Positions 49,301-61,999 of a DNA stretch of 64,000 nt are shown piece by piece. This DNA comes from Phoronis australis (lineage: Eukaryota > Animalia > Phoronida): contig NMRA01000002.1 of assembly GCA_002633005.1 (NCBI GenBank), positions 574,044-638,043 of the forward strand, given 5' to 3'. Within the stretch, counting starts at the first letter, position 1. Each line of letters begins with the position of its first letter. The notes beneath the pieces are model-generated. The model ran no database searches and was not told where the DNA came from. It saw nothing but the letters and a program-made list of their open reading frames with translations. The translations under genes and the position numbers were made by a program.

Positions 49301-52300
49301 TTGACTTTTTACCAATCTGCCTTTAATTGGGTTACATGACCAAGTCTTTTTAGTAAAATTTAGCAAAAACAAATGGTGCATTGATTGCAAAATAATGATG
49401 TGAATAACACAATATAAATTTTATTTGGTTTAAATGTTCAAGATGCGATCACAAAAAAATGTTCAGTTTTCTAAAATAGTTTTTTGTTTTTGTTTTGTGC
49501 AACTTCAGAGTTTTTCTGAAAATCTCAAAAGTCTTATTTCTTGATAGCCCTTCTTGTAAAATTAGAAAAATTTAAGAAACAATTTGGAAAGCAGTGCATA
49601 ACGCATGGTATCACAAGGTTTCATCTGAATCCCGTCATCCATTTCTGAGATCTGATGTTTCAAAGTTAGCCAAATTTGGACAATCTAGAGTCCTTCATTA
49701 TCTTGAAAACAATTTTCAGCTGGCTGATTAGTTTTGTACACGTCAATTTTGATTGTTAAAATTATGTCCCTGACAATGTGCCATGTGTTTTCTTAACTTT
49801 GAAACTGAGCTGGTAAATTTGAAAAAAAAATCAACGTGAAGCCAACTTCCAACTGTTGCGCCATCTTTTGATGGAATGTCTGGTGCGGGTGTCCTTCATG
49901 TATTTTGTTAATGGTTGATACAAATATCCCACAGTGTTGTGCAGAGGTGGTATACTGTGTGTATAAAGGGGCACATTTGGTTTTAGGGAAGAATACAGCA
50001 TTTTTGGGATTGTTGTCGGGTAGGTTAGACTTCTTGAAGTTTTTTAGATTTGACCATGGATGAAAAACAGCAAAACCTGTCTTAATTTTATTCAATATGC
50101 CATGTAGGTTGTTGAGATTGGCTTCCAGTTATTCAGAAGAATTGATTGAAATCAAAACCGATGCCCTTATCAGTTAAGTACTATGATTTATAAAACACCG
50201 GGCCACTTGTCACATTGACTTTTACCTCTATTAGCAATGTGTCAGATCACGACCGGTGAGATTCTGAGTTTGAATTTGTGTTGGGGCTGATCTCAAATAC
50301 TCAACATTGTCGATGGTAGTTCCACATTTAATTTAGTGTTTTGTTGCAGGCCACCTCAGCTCTGGCTGGACTGTTGGAGGAAGACGCAGCCTCCATTACA
50401 GACACCAAGTTGATAGACAATGCCTGGCGTGGGGCAGAGGGTCACCACTTCTTGCTGCTGGCTCAAAAACAGCTCTATGAAGGTAGGTGTATTTGAATAG
50501 GATACAAGTTGAATCTGCTCCTTGAAAGGCAGTGCTGATACGTGTGTGATTATGCGAATTTCTGAAAATTGAAATGGCGCACTGTCCTGAGGTTGTATGA
50601 ACACTGAAATTTAGTATCTTAGCTTGCCCAAGGGACTGGAACTTTTGCAAAGTGTCTGTAACCCATCTAGTTGTTTGTAATAATCCATTATGGAACACAA
50701 GTATAGGACTGATATTAATAATATTTAAGAATCTTGAATGTGATCTTTGGCACCCTACTTATGTTTATTCATTTTTTTAGTTAATAAATCTTGTGTCAGC
50801 CTGACCTGAACCTCTAGAGTTTCAATAGCTGTGGTTTATGTAAAAATATTTAGATAAACATTTTTTCTTCACAGATATTAATTAAAAAGCACTTCATTTG
50901 TGGCCATTTTTAGATTTTCTTGTTCAGTGTTACACTCAAAGTTCTTAAATGCAACTTTTATGGGCCAGCTGCTAAAAGGACAAAATCTGGCAAGCAATGA
51001 ACTTATCAGAGGTAATCTGTAAACATTTTGATACATGGATTCCTCCATCTTTATAAAAATATGAGCGTGTGCTCATTCCAAACAGATACATGGGATTTTA
51101 CAAGTGTATGCAAATGGTAATGTATAATTTAAAACACAGTGAAAATTGGCATCACTTACGATAAAAACTCTGCCGCCATTTTGACGGCTTTAAACATGTT
51201 AGATATTTTCAAAATGTGACCAGCACTAGGCAACAGGTGACATTGATTTGGCAGTTTCATTTTTAACACATACTTAATATTAATAGTTTCACGTTTTGGT
51301 ATTTTTACATAAATAAGAATGGTGAGATCATGTTTCACTCTTTGTCAAAGATATTTGAGCGAAATTGGCATACCACATTGGAAGGTCATTATCCTTTAAC
51401 AGTACGTAGGGCATTACAAGCACATCGTCTGCTGTGTGCTGTGACAGCTGACATGTGTCTCTCAAGATGTCAGATTCCATTATGAAAACCCCTGTTAGAC
51501 AAACATGTTTTGCTGCAATTATTTGCTTCGTGTCATCGTTAACACTTAACGGTGTTAGACAGAAATTGGAAGAGTTAAGAATATGAACTGATGTTTGAAA
51601 AATTATCTGCCTGTAATGGCACGAACAGTTGGGCCATTAAATACTATAGGCTTCAGTTGTACTTAAAATTCTTCTGGGTGGTGTTAGTGAGAGAATGATC
51701 CTACCAAATTTGGTAGTTATGTGGGACCCTAAATATACAAACAGCCAGTGCTGGTGAACAACTTTTTATACTCAATCTGTTCAGATAACGAAGAGAGGAC
51801 TCATTCCTCATTAGCGCCACCTGGTCGATAATTACTCTACCATTGTGTTGCCAAGCTACTGAATTGTTCCACAATTAGTCACCAATTTCTTGAAGATGAG
51901 TCCTGGAAAATCTGAACTAGAATATGAGTCTAAGATCCACCAGTAGTAATACCACCATTTCAGCGTGATTAAAGAGCACAGAAATGACCCTACTTTTTCA
52001 ACAAAAGGTAACTTAACTATGTGCATAATTATGCATTAACACACTGGCCCTAGTAACGCTGAAAATATAAAATTGGTAGGATTCAACAAAGATAGGCTCT
52101 TGATGCATTTTAAAATGTCACAGAGAAGATCTTCAACTTTGAAAATGGGGGAAGATGTTGGGCTTCTCGTGTCGATCTCAAGTTGCTGTTTAGGCCAGCA
52201 GTAATAACCTGGTATTCCCTCATCGTGGTGGCCATAGTACCAGCAAAGTTCAGCGCCATCTTAGGCGTCTTTTGTTGTGATAAGTGTACCAGGAAATCAG

Positions 52301-55300
52301 AAAAATACCCGTTATTATTGATTAAGATTTTGAAGAATGATGAGTCTTAGTGGTCATTAAGCTGTTATGATGTGGAAACCGTACTTTGTCTGATTACTGT
52401 TTGATTGCAGTGTACTGAATTTTGTTTTGCTGAAGCGTTACTAAGGTTACTTGACTGGTATGCCTTCTAGTCTTGCATAGTACAGCTCAGTGTTCATCCT
52501 CAGCACAATCAACGATAATGAAGTCATTATGACTATCACGAGTCACTATTTTTGGAATTTCTCTTCATTAAGTTGTCGCTTGTGGCACTTGTGTGGCTAC
52601 GGATGTTGCGGTTATTCAATCTGTTTTTTTTTAATGTTTGCCATTACTTTTTCACAATTTCTCAAAAGTCTTTATGCATCACGTTGACTCCTTGTTCACT
52701 TCAGGCTATGTCGACGCGGCCATGAATACTGCCATCCAGTTGCAGGACTACGATGATGTATTGGACCCTAAGGATATCTACTCATTGCTAGGTAATTTTA
52801 CATATATCTTACCAATGCAATATTCATCATGAAACTGACAAATTGGTGATGTATAGACTCATTTAAAGTATCGAGAAAAACACCAAGTGCACAATCGCTA
52901 TTATTAGAATAATTTGCCAGATAGGTAAACACATTATTCAGTTATGAGAACTGAAGGACATGTGTAACCTTTCCAGCATGGCAGGGCATTTAGTCAAATG
53001 CCTACAAAACAATAGTATTTAATCTCATAAAATTTCATACTTTCTGAAATTGGAAACCTTGTAGTTTGTTGCTGATTTTATATCAACCTGTCGAGTCTTT
53101 ATTTAAAAATCTGTTTGTGACCACACCCCTTGAAAAATTGAAACACTAAAAAACGAATTCCTACAGAGTTTTGGAGCACAGTACGTAATGGGTTGTATCT
53201 GAAAGTTTCATCGGAATTTTGTCAGTTATTTTTGAGATATGATGTTCCAAACTTAGCTAAAGTTTGAATTTTCTCTCCGTTGTGTTGTTGGTGCCAATGT
53301 GTTTTAATCACAAGGATTCAGATTCACCAGTTGATCTAAAATTCTGTGTGAATGCTTGTGGGATCTTCTAACTACTTCTTTCAGGAAGTTGTTAATGTAC
53401 CATTTTTTATTGTACTTGCGTCAAAGATGCGTTTCTAACGAATCCCGCAATCTTTGCAGTCATTACGGAACCACCCTTTGTGGCAAAGACCAGCCTGCTG
53501 AAATAGCCTTGCCATGGTAGCGGTCGTTTTTTTCTGAATAATCAGGATTTCATGGATAAAATTACAGTTTAATTTATACAAGTCCACCAAATAATTAAAT
53601 AAGTGCCCTGAATGTAATTTTCCGAAAGTGCTAAAATTACATAAGCAAGGTTGTAAACATTGACGTTGTTCTTATTCATTTTAGCTTTGTCCAGTTGTGC
53701 CAACAGGGCATTTGGTACATGCTCCAGAGCGTTCATCAAGCTCGAATCACTGGACTCGCTGTCTGATGACGAGCGCACTCAATATGAGGAGCTAGCCATG
53801 CAGATCTTCACAAAGTAGGTCACTTGTATATTGACCTTGATCTATTATTGTCCACCAGGTGGCGAAGAAAACGAATTCTGTCTGAGGTGAATTGACAAAT
53901 GTTTTGTTTCAATTTGAGATGGGGTGGAACTCTACATCGCATATTTAATATAAAAATTTATTGATAAGTGTAAGTTTCTGGCAGTATTTATAATAGTTTG
54001 GAGACTCTTTAACAAGATTGATATTTTCAGAACATGATGATAAATGGTAGGTTTTAGCGTCATGGTAGACTAGTTTTTGACACATTTGTTTTATATTAGT
54101 CACATCAAAATCTGACATTTTTCACAAATCACAAATAAATTTTCATTATTTATACAGTGCAATAAAGTCTATGAGCATTGACTAATTTCATGCAGTGTGC
54201 AGGTACAGCTCTTCAAAGCTTGAAACTTTTGGGACACCTTATACTGTTATGCCTGCTCTGTGATCGTCAATTTGCAGACATGATGATATTGAAACTGAAT
54301 TGTCCACTGCCCATTACACTGTGCATGGGATCAGATGTCTCTGTGGGAGTCCTCGTTTTCCTGGTGGCATGAAAATTAATGGCTTCCTACTGAGTGCTCA
54401 AGGGAAGGACCAGATAATTGCAGCAGTTAGCACTTTGTGTTATGAGTCAGATCAAAGTGCACTGTCTTTTACTGTAAATTTTTTGTTGAGTGTTGATAGA
54501 TCTCATTACAAGTCAGACAATACACCTTATTCACGCAGTCGCCATATTACAAAGAGTCTACTTTTGGTTTTTAAAACAATGCGTTCTTCGCTTAATCACA
54601 TTGCAGAATGTGATTTTCTCACATGCCTTGTTAAATTTTAGTGTATTGTTTTTATAAACCTAAATAAATCCATTTTTAAAATGATGACTGCGTGAATAAG
54701 GTCTATTGCCATTTTGAACTTTCAAAAGAAGTAAGTTATGCTGTATTTCAGTGTTGTCATTGTGTTGCTATTGTTTATTAATTTTAGGTTGTTACACTAG
54801 ATGGCGCTGTTGTTACCCAGTAATAAATAGAGGTTATTGAATGGTTTCGGCATTATTAAACAAATTATGAGGAATGTCACTCACTTTTCTGTGTTATAAA
54901 TCACAATTGCCACGTGGTTGAAATCTTCAGTTCCTTCTTGTTGATTACATCTGGCCATAATAGAATCAAAAAAATGGACAATCACACCACAAATGAAAAA
55001 GTCATATTAATTTGATGTTTTGTCTATTCATTAGACATCATCAGGATACAAACAGTCAGACATCCAGTGTTGACATATGAGTCAGGCTACATCTATAAAG
55101 TGAAATGAGTGTAACAACAGTAACGGGAAACAGTAAATAGGTCATCGCCACAGCTGTAGGGTCACTGAGCTCTGCGTGTTATTCAGAGAACCAGCAGCAT
55201 GCTGGTCCTGAATGGCCAGTGACTCTTTAATGTAAAGTAATATTCCTTTACAGGTTCTTTGCAGATTATACTTACTGAATTAGCTTGGTGATTGTTACTG

Positions 55301-58300
55301 ATGCAATGCCTACAGACGTTGCTTTTGTTTGAGGTGTGATGTTCTCTCAATCTGTCACAGAGGCGTCTCTGTGCGAGTCTGATATAGAATTCATTACAAT
55401 CATCACATTCAACCTTATAAACAACATTGCTATTGTTTAGCAAAGGGATGGGTAACTTCAGTTTACAGAGCATATTGGATAGTTTACAAAGAGGTTTGAA
55501 AACCACTATCAGCTCAACGGTTGGGTCTATGCAATGTACAAGACTAGATAATTGATGTTTCAACTTGAAATTACTGTACCAAGTGTAACCAAGAGAAAAG
55601 AAAACTTTCTTTTTCTCGGGTTACCGGCCTCATTCATTTTTGAAAGGAAATGCCTTTTACAGCTATTCAAAAAATTCAGAGGGTAACCATTGGCACGCAA
55701 TAACTGGAAAATCCTAACTGCGTCACTATCAAAAGTTAAATTGGTAGAAAAAATTCTCCAGGCACGATGTAACAAGCTGATTGTCTGATTGTTTGTATCC
55801 TGATGATGTCTAATGAATTGTCAAAACATCGAATTAATTTGAACTTTTTCATTTTTGCAGCGATTGTCCATTTTTTTATTCTTGTTGATGCTTTTGGAAC
55901 TATTTTCTTGACGTAACGGGTCATCAGGTCAGCAATTATAAAAACAATTATTTAGGAATTTGTCGTCTTCAAATTAACAGGAGGATAATAACAGGAAATT
56001 TTTGAAAGAAATAATGAGATTAGTATCACATTTTTATGCCAAAGTTTTCCTCATTGCCATTCTCAAAACTCTATTGTGACATTTTCAAAATAAACCTACT
56101 CACTATTTCTCATCTTTGCCTAAATTCACACATTAAATGAACAGTTTTATATCAGTTTAAACCCTTGCTCGCCTCTGCTATGTGAAGTGAAATCCAATCT
56201 GCATGATTTTACGACACAGGTCAATACATTCAAAGTTGTTTGACAAGTTTTCATGTGTTGCTTCATTCTTCACTTGTAGACACAGTCCTAAAGATTCACG
56301 TGCACAGAAAGCGGAAGCAGCGAGTTACGAGGCAATGTTAGCTGATGGGTAAGTCAGAACAGTATTTGTCTGTATTCATGACAGTGTAGCCCATAAAGGT
56401 ATCATTATAGAGTTGCGGAACCGTGCCCTTTGAAAAACTAAAATTTTGTCGATATGTTTTTACCTTTAAAAAGCTTGGTCACAGAGCCTTTTCTGAAAAT
56501 CAGCAGCTTTTTGAGCGGTTTTAAAATGGAAGACGAATTTCAAACCTCAAATAAAGAATCACCCTTTGGTGTAATTTTAACTAAAGCAATTTCTGACTGT
56601 CACAATGACTTCCCAAGTGAACATTTTATGGGCACTTTCCAAATCTTTTGCAACTTCTTGGTAAGAAAATCTTTCCAAAGTCCAGGAACTAGAAGATATT
56701 TGTGAGGAAGGTGATAATCTGATCAGGAGCACATTTTCGCCGTGTTCTTCGCAATTTTCTGTCTTCCGTCTTAGATCAGTTACTTAGAGATGAACACTTC
56801 TTTTCATGTAGGGTATACGACAAAAAATAATGGAACAAAATGACCCGGAATTCCTTGGCCGAATGCAGGGCTTTAAATTTACAATGGGTGTAACTAGGGG
56901 GAAATGGTCTTTTGTCTGGTTACCTTTAGCATGTACTTTTCCTTAAATTAGCATGGCGGTAAATTATTTGAACACTGGTTTTCTTGTGTGTCTTGTTGTA
57001 CTTCCCACAAATATCTGTAATTTGGTAAATAGATGTGCAGTTCAATACTTACGCCAGTTTTGAAAAAAACCTAGTGACCCAGATAATAGGCCTCCTGGAC
57101 TGTATCGCAGATGGTACTTTGACCAATACGGGTAAGGTGAAAGACATTTGAAAGTTTTGTTCTGGCTTCAAAGTTAAGTGTGTGATTGGTGAAACTGTAT
57201 CTCAAGTCTGAAATTTGGTCTAGTTTCACTAATAAGAATTTTTTTACACTAATTTGTCATTATTAATAAAATTTTCAGTTATTTTATAACATTTTATTTA
57301 TTAACAAAATTGTAAAACACTGTTTTATTGTGTTATGATTTAATTTATTAAATTAAGGTAACTTGGTGAAGAAAAATATAAAGAACTTGTGGCCTTCAAG
57401 TGAGTTTGAAACATTTGACTGAACCCATTGTTACTGGACATATTTGAAAGCACTTCATACTAAGTTGTTTACATTGTCAGGCAGATGATTTTTGTGAGAA
57501 AGGACATCAACGTTTTTGGTCATTCTGCAGCGTAATTGAACAATTTAGGAGATTTTAGAAGGATACCGTAAAATCTTATCAACCTCATCAAAAATGGCCA
57601 TTTTTGATTTTTTGTTGTCTTCTAACATTGTCATGAGTACCTACAATGTTTTGAAAATATTGTCCGCTGGTAGTTGTGGTGCACACCATGATCAAGAAAA
57701 AGTGTTCCGTTGGTGTTACCTATCTTGCAGTGAAAATTCAAGAAAATAAAAGTGCACTTGTCCGCCATTTTGTGTCCTAAATTGTGTCGCGAGATTTTTC
57801 AATAAAATTAACGATAACTTGCATATTTTTACATCAACTGGAACTTGATTTTACTATTTTTTCAACTAGAGATACATCCATAGTTAGTGTTTATTGTCGG
57901 AATATTCTGCTAAGAAATATCTCTCCCAGCCCGTAATCTCCATGTAAACCGCGACTAAGTGACCGAGTTGCAGATTCGAGCCTTTATTAAGAGAGTTCGA
58001 TTTTCAGATTGGTTTTCTGAAAGGAGTCGCAGATACATGACCCATGTCCAGTGACCATTATCATAGATCTCTGACATTGCCATCAATCAAGCCTTGGGAC
58101 CATGACAGTCTTCATGTCAAGGAATTTGCAAATCATTTGCTGTTATGTAGCTTCCTTTGACAAAATGAAAATGCTGCCGCCAAAACGTTTGACTGAAACC
58201 ACATATATAGCCATTCATGTTTTCGCACACCTGTTTCATGGTTTTGCTTTCTCTGAAATGGATGGGGTAATTTTCAATTTTGTTTGTTAATCAGTCATCG

Positions 58301-61300
58301 TTGTCTTGAAAAGAAGTCTCATTCCAGAATTTTTAAAGTGAAGAGAATAGCGTCCTCTTCTGTTTTAAAAATTTTGAGGAGTAAAGTTATTAAGAACAAA
58401 TAAACTCGAGTATTTCAAACACATCATGACAAATTGCACCCACGAAAATGAAAAAAAAAAGATACTGGAGCGCTCTTGTAAAATTGTGATGTCAGTTTTT
58501 GATTTTCTAAAGATTGTACTTATTATGGCTCAAAGTACAATGGAAATGGTTACAGAAATGTAAGGAAATTCTCTTCGTTTGAAAGTAAAGGGAACTGTGC
58601 AAAACACAAAATCAATTTTAGACCTTTAAAAGTTCAAGTCATTCAACTAAAATGCTTGACTTTAACTTTTGTTGCTATGCTCATCACTGAGGCAAGCTCT
58701 CCAAAACAAATGCATTGAGTCTGAGGTATGCCATGTGCAACCGTATTTGACTACTAAGTAATTTAACACGAGTTGCTGTCTCAAATGGAATGTACTATTG
58801 TTCTCCAAGAGTTTATTACATTACACGTGGATTCTCGTTCCTATTAATTGTCCTGATTTGCTTCCTGTTTTTGTTACCATAGTGATAACGATGAGTTACC
58901 TAGGTAAGGTCCCTGCTGCACATTTCTCAGGAGGCACCTGCTGTGCTCTGTGGCTTGATGCTGTTTTGATAGTCTGTAATGTCCTAGGCACAAACATTGT
59001 TACTTTGTACAGCTGCTGTTTAACACTATTTATTGGCCCTTATGGGGGAATAATAGATTTGGTCTAACTTTGCAGTATTCACTCTCTTCTAGAGACAGAG
59101 TATCTCAACACCACTTTTCAGAAACTATGCTGGGCTCTATTAAAGGCTTAAGTTAGAAATTTGGTCTTAGGATCACAGTACGGAATCAAGGTTTAGTCTC
59201 ATGTAATTATTTTTAACACATCACAGCCCAGAAATAATGCGTATGATTTATCTCAGTATTTAGCCATAATGGAGATTTTGTAATTATCCTAAAGTGAGAT
59301 TTACAATTGTTTTCATAAATTGTTGTGTAAAGACCAAATTTTTAACGATATATTTTTCATAAAACAGACCCCTCCCTGGTTTAGCTAACTGGGAGGGTGT
59401 GTCCTGGCTTGTTGTGAGCTTACTGTGTTATTTGTTTGAGAAATTCATTCCTGTGATACGAAGCCTTTGCTACCGCAGACGTTTATCAAGGCCATACTTT
59501 TCTGGAACTGAAATGATAATAAAACTAATTTCGTTTGTGTTTTTAAATTAAGCCCACCAATTTGCAAAATTTCACCAAATTCTCCGAAAATGCTTACAAT
59601 AAGCATAGATTGTGCATTTCTAGCAATCATTTCTGCCGATTGTTTTGTAAAGCCATGAAGTCATTTCACCCATTGTAAATTTTGTTGCTGGCCTCTGATT
59701 GGCTTGCTGTCTCCTTGCCAACAGCTTAGTTTGTGCAACATGGGCCCCCTGCTGATGTTGAAACACCTGTGATCTGATGTCAAATCTTTGTACTGGAAAT
59801 CACTCAAAAATATTTTTGGCATTTTCTGTTCTACATTTTCTTGTTCAGACTCAAACTTTTAGCCTTAAAGTTGAGGTCACCAAGTGTAAACTAGGATTAG
59901 AAAGATATACACCTAAACCATGCATTTATAGATTCTTATCTTGAGGTAGTCCAGAAGTTGATTACAAAATGCCAAAAATAAGTCAAGATTTCTATTTCCA
60001 GTACAAAAATTCGACCCAGGACCTTGACGTGCATGGTGTAGAGGCCACAACCTTGTGAAAATGCAAGATCAGGCTTCAAACTATAATACATATACATGCA
60101 AAGCACGAGGTCCCCTAGCTTCCTTCTGAGCGTCTTGTGTATATGGGAACTCCCCTGTGGTGATGGGCTCTGTAATGAGTTACTGGCTTCCTGTCTGCTT
60201 GTTTCCATGACAATTTGTCCTTATTGAAGCTGGTCTTCTGTGTAAGAAATTGCAACTGTTATGATTTGGATGCGTTAGGGGGTATAAAACTGGTCTCCAA
60301 TTGTTTCATAGTCAGATAACATTGGTTTATGAGTTTGGAAAGAATGATTGTTGTGCAGTTTGTTTGGCCTTAAGACAATGTTGTATGCAGATAATGAACT
60401 CACACAGAGTGACAAAGCAATTCAATGAATCTGACCTCCACCATTAACAAATTGTCATTACTTCTCTAGCCTAGGGATCACTTCCGAGTAAGGAACAAAT
60501 TGACAACAGTTTTATAACGCTAAGAGAATAGTCTTAGCAGAGGCGGATTTACATTAGTCTTATGATGAGGAAGAAACCTGCATCACTCTTGAAGATAAAA
60601 AGTTCGCTTTGAACTTGCTGTGCAGTGGTTCACAAAATTAACAATCAATTGTTCAACTGGTTGCAGTGGGTTAAGATAAACCTTTTTAGTACAAGATTTA
60701 ACAATGCTTTGTAGGAAGAGAGAAGGCATGCTTCTCTTCAGGGGATTTTGTATATCAGGAGTTCACGCTGCTGAACCACACCTACACAGCAATTTTTGTC
60801 TTCCCTTTTCTTGTAATGCAATAGCAGTTAAGGTGAATTAGTTTGCAAGTGATTTATATCCCACACTTTATTTGTGAACAATATACTAATTTCATTTTTG
60901 TGCTCATCGTAATGGATGACTGGCCATTTTCGTTCCTTTTTGAGTTCATGCTCTGTTGTATTGCTTAACCTACTAGTCTTATGCTTTCTTCCTGCATTAA
61001 AATTACTTGCTGAGATTAGGCCAAAAACATAATTGGTTCTGGTCTCTGTTTTTTTTTTTGAAAATCCAGAGGATGCTGTGATGTTTTTAGCTGCTTACTT
61101 TTGAAAAAAAATTCACCTAAGACCAGCAATTATGATGTGGAATTTATTTTTTTACTCATCGCTTGCTTGTCAAATCATGGTGTTTCAAACCTTGTGTACC
61201 TTTATTTGTTTGCCTTTATGGAGTTTTTCAGAAAAAAAAAACAAACCCTGACTGAAATTAATACGGGCGAACTTTTTAAGTCGATGAGCCCAGGTCTCAA

Positions 61301-61611
61301 AATGAATCAAACTTTTTTGTCTGTTTGTTGTTAAATTGTTCTTTTCCAACATTCAATTAATAACTAATGGTAACCCCAGCACACGATTAAAATCCACGAA
61401 AAGATTTGTCTATTTGACCTCGATGTAACGACGCTACCTTAAAGCTGTAATTCCGTTTCTTTGCAGCGATTCCAAATTGCCCATCTGCATCGTTACCGGC
61501 AAGATTTTAGTCGACTACCAATTCTGGATGTGTCAAGTTTGTAAGCACTGCGCATATGAACAGGAAATAGCGCAGCGGAGCACGTGCCCGCTGTGTCATG
61601 CACCCATTTAA
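22331..61611 (+). CDS. WDR35: WD repeat-containing protein 35 / IFT121 (IFT-A complex), 1172 aa, 32 exons
   Basis: Exons 22331-22354, 25290-25407, 27716-27790, 28343-28435, 29233-29334, 29916-29995, 30344-30424, 30967-31132, 31907-32052, 32337-32462, 33423-33515, 34518-34610, 35578-35774, 36418-36484, 37510-37563, 39125-39234, 39859-40000, 40565-40633, 41552-41680, 42964-43052, 43638-43755, 44418-44503, 44901-45047, 46453-46585, 47465-47527, 48360-48572, 48874-49014, 50350-50482, 52705-52791, 53685-53814, 56280-56348, 61467-61611 (3519 nt, all GT-AG). Motifs [63 protein letters not shown] and C-terminal CxxC...CPLCH. Confidence 0.97.
22633..23495. mobile_element. MITE with ~240-270-bp TIRs (GGCAATGACCATCGCC...), copy 1
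   Basis: Arm 22633-~22907 is inverted at ~23258-23495 with high identity; flanked by the direct repeat TATTCTTCTACTA. Confidence 0.85.
23519..23972. mobile_element. Same MITE family, copy 2 (internally deleted, almost pure palindrome)
   Basis: Arm 23519-~23806 and inverted arm ~23824-23972; TA on both sides. Confidence 0.8.
26255..27669. mobile_element. Non-autonomous Tc1/mariner-pogo-like DNA transposon
   Basis: TA|CCGTATTCGCCATAATAACCGCCC ... GGGCGGTTATTACGGCAAATACGG|TA; subterminal TAAGCGCCC repeats; CpG-rich interior without a recognisable transposase. Confidence 0.85.
29445..29600 (+). repeat. Degenerate ~21-22-bp minisatellite
   Basis: About 6-7 units of aggggcagtcagcaggacagca in WDR35 intron 5. 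Confidence 0.8.
37255..37335 (+). repeat. Old dispersed repeat fragment
   Basis: Core tgagatatgat(a/g)ttccaaa(g/c)...ccaaat is shared with ~49600-49685 and ~53190-53270. Confidence 0.5.
46174..46228 (+). repeat. 20-bp tandem repeat, ~2.7 copies
   Basis: ttgaaggtcacacattttat twice plus a partial copy. Confidence 0.85.
46710..46930 (+). repeat. Dispersed repeat, uninterrupted paralog of 13128-13177 + 13754-13915
   Basis: gacaaaaataatc...ggctaattctgtttacagcaaaaa...gcaaaatt(c/t)aattaca...cta(c/t)tctgacaatg is colinear in both copies. Confidence 0.7.
54960..55890 (-). mobile_element. 5'-truncated Penelope-like retroelement with inverted pLTR
   Basis: Minus-strand remnants [10 protein letters not shown]...[11 protein letters not shown] (RT thumb) and [16 protein letters not shown]...[10 protein letters not shown] (GIY-YIG endonuclease); 54960-55062 is repeated inverted at 55781-55885. 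Confidence 0.85.
55012..55050 (-). ncRNA. Decayed minimal hammerhead ribozyme in the Penelope pLTR (inverted twin at 55794-55835, + strand)
   Basis: CTGATGA-T-GTCT-aatgaat-AGAC-AAAACATC; two G>A changes at CpGs away from CTGATGA...GAAACGTC. Confidence 0.6.
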
Positions 61612-61993
61612 ACAGGGATAGCAGGCGTACTCTTGACTGGACCTGACAGGAGAAAGATTCGTAACAGAACATCTCATTGGGCGATTGTACACGAATTTTT
61701 GTGATTTTTTTACTCTGCGGCGACGTCCAGTTATACGCCGCTTCTGTCTCTCACGTGTTTATGTTCTTAGAACACTCAAAGGATACCGTGCACTAAATGT
61801 GATGATTCCTGTCAGCCAAATTCGTCGCATGCAATATGCAAATGATTCGAAGTCAAATCTAATCCAAAGAAAATATTTTGAATGTCTGGTGTTACTATGG
61901 ATACCTCTCTCTTTCATTCCTTTATATCTTGACTTGTTTAGTATGTTTTATTTGAAATGCGACTATTTATAAACTATTTAACATTGGGAAATG

Positions 61994-61999
61994 AATAAA
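61994..61999 (+). terminator. Candidate polyadenylation signal of WDR35
   Basis: AATAAA ~380 nt after the stop, followed by GT-rich ggttgttgt. Confidence 0.65.

Noticed and set aside
55035-55080. ttag|ACATCATCAGGAT... as a mutually exclusive twin of WDR35 exon 31
   Set aside because: No GT donor, an in-frame stop, and it is the Penelope pLTR read antisense.
57090-57131. 42-nt phase 2-2 segment with a good donor (CGG|GTAAGG)
   Set aside because: The acceptor has no pyrimidine tract.
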